NCBI RefSeq assembly: GCF_000150275.1
Contig: NW_002060950.1
Location: forward strand, 192,679-256,678
Length of the DNA stretch: 64,000 nt
Source: Trichoplax adhaerens
Taxonomy: Eukaryota; Animalia; Placozoa
Reading direction: 5' to 3'
Under the pieces are notes generated by a model. The model did no database searches. It saw nothing but the letters and a program-made list of their open reading frames with translations, and was not told where the DNA came from. The translations under genes and the position numbers were made by a program. Positions 52,501 to 64,000 of this stretch are shown piece by piece. How positions within the stretch are numbered: position 1 is the stretch's first letter; every line of letters starts with the position of its first letter.

Positions 52501-55500
52501 CATTATTATTTTATAATCTTTCTCTATAATTGCTATCAATAGTATGGTATTTACACCATTCAATTTTACTAGATTAATATTATATTAAATACACAGAGTA
52601 GAAATCTCTTTAAATGGAGGAAAAGTTGATCCACTAACCACAATGGCCATTCTAATTGTTAAAGCAATGAAAGATTCAATATTTACCATTTGTTCTTCCG
52701 TTGCACCAGGTTTATCCTTCCCTGGCTGTAATATCTCCTCAGGTGATAGCTCTTGTAAGTTGAGAAATTCATCTGATTGCCGACGAAGCAATCGTGAAAC
52801 CGAAGACATTGCTAGAACTTGCTTACTAGCTGCTGCAAAGCTTTTCGATGTTGCACTTTGTAGCATAAATCAAGTATAAAATGAACAGTAAAAATATCAA
52901 TTTGGCAATAAAAGTGAATCTTATAAGATAATGCGGTATTATCACAGACGCTATTGGATGGTTCTTCGTAAGATCTTACTCCGCAAAAGGAAAATTCGTA
53001 TTGAGAGGCTCAGTAGAGCTTAAGTCCTTACATTTTTGGCCTAAATTTCAGCTTTGGTCGAGTAATTTTTAGATGGGTACAATTTTCAGGTAAATTGACT
53101 GTGAAGGCATCCTTATTGACTTTATGAGGACAGAGAATGGTCTGTAATGAAGTAAATCATCAAGATATGAAAATTTTATTAAGTTTGCTAGATGCATTAA
53201 GTATATCTTCTTTCAATAGGCCGTTAGCGTTATTATCGGAAATCAATTCAGCTGAGACTAACTCATATGGCCACTGTTAGTAATTTCGCTATTATCGTAG
53301 GTCATGTTTTAATTATTATCGGCTATTAATTTCAATGTTATAATTGCAGAATTGATACAGAATTAATATCAAAGTGTAATAACAATAAGCTCAAGCCACA
53401 TTGACTTAGACGAGTACTACGGTGTGCTACTACAATATTTATGATCATTACTTCCCTATCAGTTTCTATTAAAATCAATTTGTGGATAGCAATTGCTAGA
53501 CTGTTGCTACGAGTTTAGAGTTTGAAAATAAACAATAATTTTTGATCAAATTAAGCTTTCATAGCACATAGATATCAGAGTCGTTCTGGCTCTATTTTAT
53601 TTAATATATTGAAGAGATTTACGTACAGACACTATGGTAAAACATTAACTCAGCCATAATGCGATATTATTTCCGTCAAAACTAAAGGGTTACTAAAGTA
53701 CCGTTCAGTTAGAAGTAGTAAGACAATATTCAAGTTTAAATCCATCCAAGATTGACTTGTTCGCCTTTATATATTTGTAACAAATGGATGTGATAACTGC
53801 CAGTAGCTAACTAACCATGAGTTAACCTTCGGAGAGATCAGTTACTAGGGTAGGCGATATACATATAGTATAGCATCAAAATAACTACTACATTCTTACC
53901 TTTTCGCCACAACTTGTACATAATTTAGCATCAGTAATGGGTAGAAACGTTTTACCATTATCAGTAGAAGCGTAGATCTATCAAGGAAAGGATTAAAAAT
54001 AAATTATTCCACTAGAAATATGCAGATAAGGAATCATTGTTCTACAGCTTTTTTGAGAAGGTAAACCACTCTAGTCTGGAAGATTAAAATACTTACCATG
54101 GCCGCATACTTATTTAGTACTTGTTCTTGTGGCACAAATGGATCGTCCAAGTCTTGATCCTCTTTAGGTATTAGTCCATCAAATTTGACTATTTTATCAC
54201 TACCATGCCTATCAATAGTAACTTGGCTTCCACCAGGTAGTGAAATAGCAATATCTTCATCATTTTCATCACTATCGTCCATGACACGGAGAGTTCGTGG
54301 TTTACTAGTATTGGATGGTTGCTTGTACGTAGCGGATTTATTAGTCTTAATATTAGATTCTAAATTCTTCATTTGATTTATTATAGCTTCTTCTTGCTTT
54401 TTTAAGAGAGAAATCTTTTTGGGGGCGGGAGGGAGGAGAGAGAATTAAGTGAAAAGTTAAGATGAAATGTTAACATACCGTAGATGAGAATACGCTCAAT
54501 TTAAAGTTGGATAATTTTTTTGACCTACTTCAATGGTAATGTCTTCGATATTTCTTTTAAATCGAGCTTGTACATCGACATACTAAAATAGTAACAGACA
54601 AACATGAGAAAATTACTAAATCATTTCAAGGGTACAATTTATTTCTCTATCATATACAGTGCATGATAAGATTCGTTTTATCGACTGAAAGGTATTTAAA
54701 ATAATCCCTATATTTATTCAGTACTTCTCTAGCAGCTTTACTAAATTTTCTAGCTTGTTTAGCATCTAAATTTTCAACATTAGCCTGCTTGTTTCCTCTA
54801 TTTTCCATGTAATCATCGTATTCTTTTCCAATTTAAACCAATTGCGAAGGGAATCATTAGTATTATTGATTTACGAATATATATTAAAGTAAAGCAAGGT
54901 ATATAGCAATCAATTTTCTTTCTATACGATCATATCAAAATTAAGAGACCTTCAATGATTTGATTTCTTATGATAAACATTTGCTTTAACATCTCCTTAG
55001 CTTCAACCGCATTGCTATTAGCTTGACTCTGTAAATAACATTGAGTAATCACCTATATTAGTTCATATTGATAGAATTATTGCTTACGTAATTCATAGTT
55101 GATTGTCAGTAAGAAGAAGATCTCAGTTAATTATTATTTTCTATCCATTATAAACACATACTACAGCATAAGAGCGCTCTACAATTAACTTTAATATAGA
55201 ACTCTACCCATCTGGTTGATATCACCGGCTTTTTTGAAGACATCTTCCTTTTCATATCAAATTTTACGACTGGGTCAAGAAATGCTATAGAAACATGATT
55301 ACATTAGGCACTCGAATTAAAAATTACGGGATTTAAGGAATGCTTATAACGTATAAAGAATTCGCGTTCATTTAAAGATATCACATACAATCATCTAATT
55401 TATCGTAACTTCGACGAAATTCTTTAACGTAATTTAATTCGTTTTTCGTCCTCGTTAGTTGAAGCTAAGTGAGTTATAACAAATTAAGATTAATTATTAA

Positions 55501-57365
55501 AGTAATTAGCTGCTATAAAGTAGAATAAAATAACAAAAAAGTAGCAAACTTTAAACTAACATCTATCAATGGAATAAGTGATGATACAAACTTTTAAATT
55601 ATCGCTGTCTTTGGTCTTTTTTTGAAGAACTTCATCATGCCTTGCATTATTATTCTCCATCTCGTGTTTCATTCTGAGCAGGAAATTACACATTAATAAT
55701 ATATTGTGATAGAGTATCAGTCTAAGATTAAGTCTAAGATTAACAAACTAGCTTGTATCTTGGGTAGAATTAAATAATAAGCAAATTTAAATACCGATTA
55801 ATTATAAATGATAATAGAAGCGATCAAATAAATATATAATATAAATATATTGGCAAGAACAGAGTCATAATTATTGTAATTTTTTATATACCTAATCAAG
55901 TCTTCGTCTTTAGATTGAATCTTATCTTCTAATTGATCAATTTCCTTACGAAATTCTGCTTGCAAATCTCTATTTTAATTGATGGATATGTCATAAAATC
56001 AGTGGAGTTGCTGATTATAGAAATTTGGTTAACAGTCTATATCTGAGTAGAAAATCCACATCATACAAGAGTCGTTTAATTCGCATATTAGCTTCGTCTA
56101 ACTCTTCATTCTTTTCCTTTATCCTAATTAATCAATAATGAAGGCATGAGATAATGAAGATAGCGACAACTAGCTTAACTGCTATGAAAACTCGAAATAT
56201 TACATTTTATTGAAATCTTTCAAGTCTTCTTTTAATTTATCAGCGTTTTCGTTCCTAATTCAGAAAATACGTTAATCTATTTTAAATTAATACTTGTATT
56301 TTGTTACATATTCATTTTACCTTCTAGTATACAGTTCCTTAACTAAAATAAAATAGGGCATTTTATATAACACGGGATTGTTCTGATTCTGAACAGTTCT
56401 GGACATGGAAGAGTATTCATCGCTATAGACGGAGTCTATATTAAGAATATAAATTATACGATTGCTATTCTTTGACTTTTAAATATAAGGTAATTTAAAC
56501 TCATCATTAACTTAATGTACTGTAAATGTAGACATAAAAGAAATATACGTATCAGTAACGTACCAAATAGTTCTTCGCGGCAGATTTGGATAACTTTCTG
56601 AAATACTCCTAGATGAGGTAATATCTCCTCTATTTGTAGTTGAAAATGTGATATCGCATTTAATTTAATATCGCCAATTTAATAAATTATTTCAGCATTA
56701 AATTATCTATAAAAAAAGAAAACTGAGCTTGATCTAATTTTACATTTACCCAAAACTTCAAAACATGTAAATGTTCGTTCTTCACTCGGGCCTGATTTAG
56801 CCTTTTTCTTTAATTCTAACAACTTCATCTCATACTTCAAGGCTAGTTTACATGATGAAATTATCAGATTTAGCTAAAATCTAGTAGATTTCTATCAGTT
56901 TTGAAGGATTCGTTGCCATACACTATTGACACTTATTTTTTGGAATCTCAAATTTCTAATGATACACTTGGTAAGAAGTCTAAAGTTAATGCACGCATGA
57001 AAGCTACATCGATGGTTTTGGTATAGTAAGATAATAGTTGACTCCGTTAGTTGTTTATAAATAATATAACTTAATGACACTAAACGTTTGCAAAAATTAA
57101 AGCTTCGTATAAGGACATGATAGATGCCTGTTTTTCTTGCGTAATACGGTGTATGCATTGAGCTCATTTTGGAACATAGCGAGAATGCAGATGTAATTTA
57201 TTAAGTTTACAGTTTCTAACCTAATTATCATATAAAAACTGCAAGAGTTTGATCAAGCTTTTTAAAATGTATTGATGTCAGTTAAATTATAAAGGTTCTT
57301 GTAGATAACATTTCTATACAGTACTTGCCTGGTGAATTTCCGGTAAATACGCCTCCTTTATCCAT
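49508..57365 (-). CDS. uncharacterised large coiled-coil protein (~26 coding exons) with CxxC..CPH motif and EF-hand-like C-terminal region; loosely TSNAXIP1-like, probably ciliary
   Basis: Exons splice in frame from MDKGGVFTGNSP|ALKYEMKLLEL...EEILPHLGVFQKVIQICREELFDSVYS through a long coiled coil, LCTSCGEKTILCPHK, FIWQDF, YQFFYDRYLV and LTIDEFIEAMENICP to VRPTTSA* (TAA 49510-49508). Gene structure is well supported; family assignment is weak. Confidence 0.8.
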
Positions 57366-58564
57366 ATTGAAATGTTGGATTGTACTAATCTATAATACGT
57401 TATTAAACAGCGTAGATTAATCATCCAATAGCATTCATTTCTTGATTTTTACGAGATTTCACTCGTTGATATTATTAAGTCCCTAGATTTATCTCATATG
57501 ATACACATTACTTATTATATCATCGCTGTTTATATGAAAGTTTAAATAGCCAGAAAGGGGCATGTTACTTTCAGTTGCTGCCAATTTTTACGGAGTTAAA
57601 TGAAATATACTATAGCTTGGACTTTAAAGCTCCATTAATGCAGCAATAATTATATAATTATTAAAGAAAATATACAGGAATGACTAAATCTAGCGAAATG
57701 TTCAATATATCAGCAGTGACCTAAAACAACGATTTTCCACTAATAAATTACAAAAAATGTACAGTAATATTTCCGCATAAAAGATTACAACTGCAAAATA
57801 TTTGTGTCACTGTAGCTTCTTAATAGCGTACGTGTATTATTGGCTATTAAATATGAAATACTATATAGACGAAAGCTACGTTATTTATCACCATACTTCT
57901 AATTTATCTATGTTGCAATCACAGTTACTGATATTTTTTTATCAGCAAAGGAGTAATGGTCACCTTATATCCGATGAAAAGTGATTTTTAACTAGCTGCA
58001 TTCATTTTCATATATAGTAATTGCTACAGACGCAATGAGACGATTATGTCATTGAAGATGCAGTTTCTCAAACACTAAATTAATCTTTAAAATGAATATA
58101 TTAGTTTGATGTATAATAAGTTCTAACAACTATCTTATTTTAATCCGTTAATCTTGATAAATAGAACCTTCTATGTGGTGAATGTAATTTTTAAGGTATT
58201 CAATGAATTATCTCCGGTTTATACGAAGTAATTCTATGTACGATGATTATTGAACAAAAAATACGTGTTCTAACTAAAATAGCAACTACGAAAGCAATGA
58301 GATAAAATGGCAGTAAGAAATATACCTTAATTTCGTAATCCCAGTAAGACTTTGTATCCAAGAATCGTAATTTTTATTGCATTAGATTATACATAGAGCT
58401 TGTATCATGTAGCTACGCAAGTATACTAATGAATATCAGATAAAAATTACAGTAAATCCAAAACAATTTCGAAATGTATTAATAAATTTATGTAGCTTAG
58501 AAGTTATGTTATTGATTTATCCAGATATATCTTGCAATCTCACCAATTAGGATTAAAAGTGATG

Positions 58565-58635
58565 ATTGCCTTAGCAACAAGTGCCAAAGCTGATTCTTTA
58601 CTACGCATGGGCTAAATTATCCATTCCATGGCAAC
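58565..58635. promoter_or_regulatory. two RFX X-box-like motifs in divergent promoter
   Basis: ATTGCCTTAGCAAC (58565-58578) and CATTCCATGGCAAC (58622-58635) resemble GTTRCCATRGYAAC. A further half-site TAGCAAC is at ~58752 and CCAAT at ~58543. Confidence 0.7.
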
Positions 58636-58898
58636 CAAAATGATACGCCTTTCCTCAAAGTGAAGTGTTTGCTAGCGCGATTTAGAAGACATTAGGTTCT
58701 TTTGATAGTAACTGTATGTATTAATAGTCCTTGTACAGGGGCGTTTACGATTAGCAACTTGCTTGCATTCTTAGTAAAGGTAAAAGATTTACTTTTTCAT
58801 AAATTTGATACCATATTTCTGATCTTTATTCCCTAATTTCTCTACTTGAATAGTACACCCAATTCTATCGAATTTAATCGATTTTCCTAGCAAAAACT

Positions 58899-61800
58899 AT
58901 GGCAGGTAAGCTGAAAGTTAAATACCAGGGTAGCCTATTGTTTGACCGTAGAATAGCTTATATAATGTTGCTATACAAATTTAGATGATTGAAAACATCG
59001 CTCCGTAGTAGGCAGAGTAATATATTAGATCCTTAATTGGATCAAAATTAAAAAAATACCATATTAGACTCCAAAGTGTTGACTTTATCGAGAGAGAATT
59101 ACCAGAATTAGAATCTTTTTTTATAATTTTGTTATTGTTTTAACCTACTGTGGTATTAACATAAATCTCATTATGGCTAAAGTAATTGATTCATTCTGTA
59201 GATATTTCGGTGATTAAAAGATAAAATATAAAACTGAAGTTAGTTAAGTTGCTATAAAATGTAGAATCATCATTTTTTAATCCTATCGGTGCTTTATGTC
59301 TATTTATTAGCACCCTGTAGGCCTGATCCACCTGTGGTTGGTAAAGTAACCCATCAAAGTATTGAGTTGTACTGGGATGAGCCACCATTAGAAGGCACTA
59401 ATGGTGAAGTTAAACACAATAATTCTACTGATCGAGTACGTTACTGTGTGCAAGAAGATGACAGTTCACGAAGCTTGCATCCTAAAGGTTTTGGAACTGT
59501 ATATACGTTAGTATTACGAAAATATCCCTCACAGTATACAGCATGATGGTTTTTTGATATTAAACAATAAGCATGAATTCGGATTGCTACCAAGAGCTGT
59601 ATCGAAAAAACGATTGCTTTTTTATAACATAACTAGTGATAAAATATTGTAACTTCTCTAACTTAACTGCATGACAAATTCTATTCTCTTATCTTTGCAG
59701 TGGCTATGCTCGCAATAATATTTTTCAGGGATTGGAGGCACAATGCAAATATCGCTATCGTTTGCGTGCGAGCAATTCCAACGGAAATAGCGAATGGAGT
59801 CCAGCAGTTGATGTATCGACTACACGTATGTTTTGTTGCATACAATCACACTAATTATTAAGTTATAGCACCAATTTTTCTGCATACAAATTAACTTAAG
59901 GATAGAAATTCCTCTAGCCTTTGATAATTGGCTAGTAAGATTGACTGCAACTAATAGAAATACTGTGTTTTTGTATGCATGCTCGTACTAAAATCCGATG
60001 TTACTTTTTAACTCTTGTCATACCTTATGAATTCACAAATTTTCAAAATCAAAACCGAGATATAGATAATAATAATGTTTTATGATAGCAGTAGTTAACT
60101 GATTAATTCAGCGATTTAATATAGAACTATCGTGTCGAAGACAAACCATCAATAACAGAACAATTACTCCTTCCATGATCTAAACTGGGTTTCAATCGCT
60201 ATACAACATATAGGCATTAATATTGTTATTCAGTATAACATTACCCTCATTCCTCATCTACACTAAATTACGAACAGAAATAGCTTCCGTATTTAATCTG
60301 TTATTGATTTAATTACGAAGAAATAGATATTTATCTCAAATGGAACAGACAGTACAGTATTTAGCAGATAATTCGCATTGCCTACGTATTTATTAAATAT
60401 AAAATAAACATCAAACTTAAATTCAGTTTTGATTCGTAAGTTCATTGTAACGGGTCATAGACTGTAATATTTAGTTTATAAACACAATTTATTTAATATG
60501 GCTATTAGCTATTGTTCTTTAATACAACAACATGGATTAAAAATGGCATAGGGGTATGAATTACGGAAATTCACAGACTTCATATTTATTTACGAATCAT
60601 AGTTTCATATCAACAACTTTTTTATTTTTGCGTGTTATACGGTATCTATATAAAAGATATAAATCACCAAAATAGTAATAAAAATTTCGTCATAGAATTA
60701 CACTAGCACTGATAATAATAATAGAAACAGTAATTATCGTCACTATTAATGGGTTTTTAAAAGAAATCAATGACGAATTATCCTTGAAGGGTTTTGTTAT
60801 TTTCTTGGCAGAATTAATAACGACATATACTGTTAGAATAATTAATAAATCTATTAATGAGAGTTGGGAGAAGTTGTGATTTCCTTCTATTGATGATAGT
60901 AATAGCTATATAGTAATCTGTAATCACTGATGCTTTTGTACAGCAGCTAAATACTGTACTGTAAGTCTTTACTTCATTAAAGCGCCGTCTACATCTACTT
61001 TTTTTATCTTCATTGTTAAATATACAGTAGTACCCTACTAATAGTATTTCAAATAAAACTTCAAACTATATTTTTTGGGATATAACATCAATTACATATA
61101 TTCCTCAACTTTGACTAGTAATGCTAGGGTCGGCTAGATATAGGATTCACAATTTTCAAATCTTAAAAGTCATAAGTAGTGTATGTTCTATTGCTTGTGA
61201 CCGATTTGAAATACGGTATGCAATTTCTAGGGAAACCAATTACAGGAGATGACCTACACAAAGCAGTTAATCATCAAGATAAAAATGCTGTTATACTCTT
61301 GTTGGATGAAAAGTACGTAAAGCAAATATTCTCATAATCTCTACTTACCAGAGCCCTCTCTGAATTTTTTTAGTAATATGTTAAAGATACTGATTAGTAT
61401 GCTGAATTCAACTACATAAGTTTTATCTGGTAATCATAAAGCTATCCTAGAACTAACATGACTGCTTAAATTTCTTTTCATGGTTTACAGCAAAAGTATT
61501 ATTGATTTACCAGATCGCTATGGCTTGTCTCCTTTAATGAGTGCAGCTCAAAAAGGCTACTACGAGTAAGACTGTAATTTCGATCGAATTCTTTAAATTT
61601 TCATTTATTTGAATTCAATGAAAATCAATAAGAATTATGTAAATCGTACAACATCATTTTTAAATTTAGTTATATTAAATTGAAGATAAAACTACTATGA
61701 ATTTATTATGATAGAGTGTGCGAAATTTTAATTGCCAATAATGCAGATGTTAATCGTAAGAACGCCAACGGGAAAACCAGGTATAACATCGACTCCATAC

Positions 61801-63432
61801 TTCATTTCACCTGTATAGAAGACTTACCTAAAAATTTTCTTACATTCGCCTTTTTTCAATATTAGCACATCACGTATCATAAATATAAAATAAAAGCTTT
61901 TCTTAAATTATATTTCCTAAATTCCTAAATTTGTAATGAAAAAAATTTAGCTTTATGCTAGCTTGTTTCATGGGTCACTTAAAGATTGTTCGCCTATTGC
62001 TAAAAAATGGCGCCGTCGCTTCAGAAACAGATAATGGAGGTAAAAAAATAGAGTCTAATAAAACATAGATGCAGTCTCGAATTTATCGTCTGGTAGTTAA
62101 TCTTACTAACTAGTATAGTAATGATTACTGGCATAGAAAGACACTATAATTTCATAGCAAATGTTTTATCATCCAGGATCGACCGCATTACATTGGGCTG
62201 TTGATGGTGGACATATCGATGTAGTCCGTTACCTATTGGAAAATGGGGCTAAGGTTGAAATACGGATCAACATATTAACACATAGATTAATTTAGATCTT
62301 TCTTTTCTGCATTTCGCCGCAATTATGAAATTTTTCATAAATGAAGTATTTATGAATTATTTAGGTCACTCAAAGAGATACTGTTTCTGGTTGGACTCCA
62401 ATAATAAGAGCAGGTACAGTAGCACTGCACAGTTCTGCATACATCTATATTAAAGCCTTGTAATACAGTTCTACAATTGGTCTACCAGTAATTTACTTGA
62501 TGTTGCTACAGTAATGACGATAGTATAAACAAACACCTTTAGAAAGATTCATCGCCATATCGGCCAAAGCAGCATTTGACAAATCTCATTTTAAATCATG
62601 TTTTAATATATAAATGGCTACGAGTATAGTAGTACGAATTTATATATTCTAAAGTATAAGCTTACTTAGACATTAAAATGCTTGATATAGGATTTATTAA
62701 AAGCTTGTAAAGAAAACAAACGGAGTGAAGATAAATCGCGATAGTAGTGTCTACCGTGTTGCATTCAGTTTTAGAATTAAGATTAATTGCCTAGTATAAA
62801 TTTAAATTGACCACGTCATATAGTAGTAGATTATACATTATTAATATGTTATAACCCACTTATTTTTTATCTGATAGCGGCCTCTGGAAGTAACCAGCGA
62901 GTGGTACGAGTATTAATAGATCATGGTGCTAGTGTAAATGATAAAGATCCTGAAGGCAAGACTGCATTGATGGTAAGATAACATTAACAGCTTTAACATA
63001 TTATCCATACAATCATATCAGCGAAATTCAACAAGCCTTAAAGTTTGATAAATAATTATTCAATGCTATAGGTTGCAGTTATTAACGGATCGGAAGAAGT
63101 TATTCAAGTCTTGTTGGAACATAAAGCTGATATAAGCTATAAAAACGAAGTCAGTATCGTATACGCAGATGTAAATTTTTCATGTATCATCGATATAGAT
63201 AATTTGCTTGAGTTAAAATGTCAGCCTTTCTAATAATCCTATCTATCTACTTATCTTTAGTATGGTAAAACTGCTCTAGACTTCGCTCAAACATTCGATC
63301 GTAGGGTAATCTAATTTATTTGGCTTGTAAATTATGCCCAGTATATTGAATAATGTATTTATATAATACTTAATTTTTTCTTTACAGAGGATTGTGGCCT
63401 TGTTTGAAAAATATCGCGAAGAATCTGCTTAA
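58899..63432 (+). CDS. FANK1: fibronectin type III and ankyrin repeat domain protein 1
   Basis: MA|PCRPDPPVVGKVTHQSIELYW; GFGTVYTGYA; YRYRLRASNSNGNSEWSPAVDVSTTREPITGDDLHKAV; ankyrin repeats (YGLSPLMSAAQKG, GKTSFMLACFMGH, GSTALHWAVDGGH, GWTPIIRAA, GKTALMVAVING, YGKTALDFA); stop 63430-63432. Confidence 0.95.
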
Positions 63433-64000
63433 GTGCAGAAATAAGCACCACAAATATTGATATTTTCAAACTTTCTATATTTTGATGAAGTACATTACAT
63501 AACATCTTGTCAAGATTATTTATAGAATTCAGTCTATTCTTTTTTGTTCTTATTGACATACAATAGTCCCTCTAAATTTTCATTCTTTGTTATTTCATTA
63601 TATTCAATCATAAAAAATTTTAAAATTTCATGGCGTCATTTAATTCTATGTTAAAGCTTATTTTATTCTGAAATAGTGAATCATGATATTATATTGTGAT
63701 CAAACTTTTCGATGATAACTAAATTTATAACAGTTTTATACTGGATTAACGGTATACTTTTATAGCAATTCCATTGCTTCCAGAATTAAATAAGACCATT
63801 TTTTCCATACTAAATTAAAATTGGAGGTAATAAAGTAAAGTATCATATCAAATTTGATTAAAATACTTAGTGAGAAACTGAGCCAAATTATGACTAATAA
63901 TTATAGTATGGATTTATGTCTTACGATATTGTGCCGTATCGATATTTAAAAAGAAAAATTCTACATATAGACCACTTCAAAAAAATTTAATGAAGACTAT

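Overview
AT-rich, intron-dense animal genomic DNA with many ~80-150 nt introns and closely packed genes. The style suggests a compact non-bilaterian genome such as the placozoan Trichoplax; this is an inference, not confirmed. Ten multi- or single-exon protein genes can be assembled by hand: MFSD13A/TMEM180 (+), FHIP2/FAM160B (+), PPT2 (-), intronless RNF103 (+), NOP56 (+), SUPT7L (+), a secreted SP-CysRich-Ig-CysRich-EGF protein of unknown family (-), FAM204A (+), a ~26-exon uncharacterised coiled-coil protein (-) and FANK1 (+). No rRNA, tRNA, CRISPR array or transposase is evident. Most notable observations: (1) clusters of palindromic TACTG/CAGTA pentamer arrays mark the 5' ends of every housekeeping-type gene whose promoter lies in the window; (2) the one divergent promoter lacking these arrays instead carries RFX X-boxes, linking FANK1 to the unknown coiled-coil gene as a probable ciliary pair; (3) the secreted protein has a duplicated Cys-rich domain I cannot name and a ~10.7 kb gene-free upstream region; (4) there is a U12-type intron, two GC-AG introns and two probable 1-nt indels. 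Exon coordinates were read manually and may be off by a few nt.
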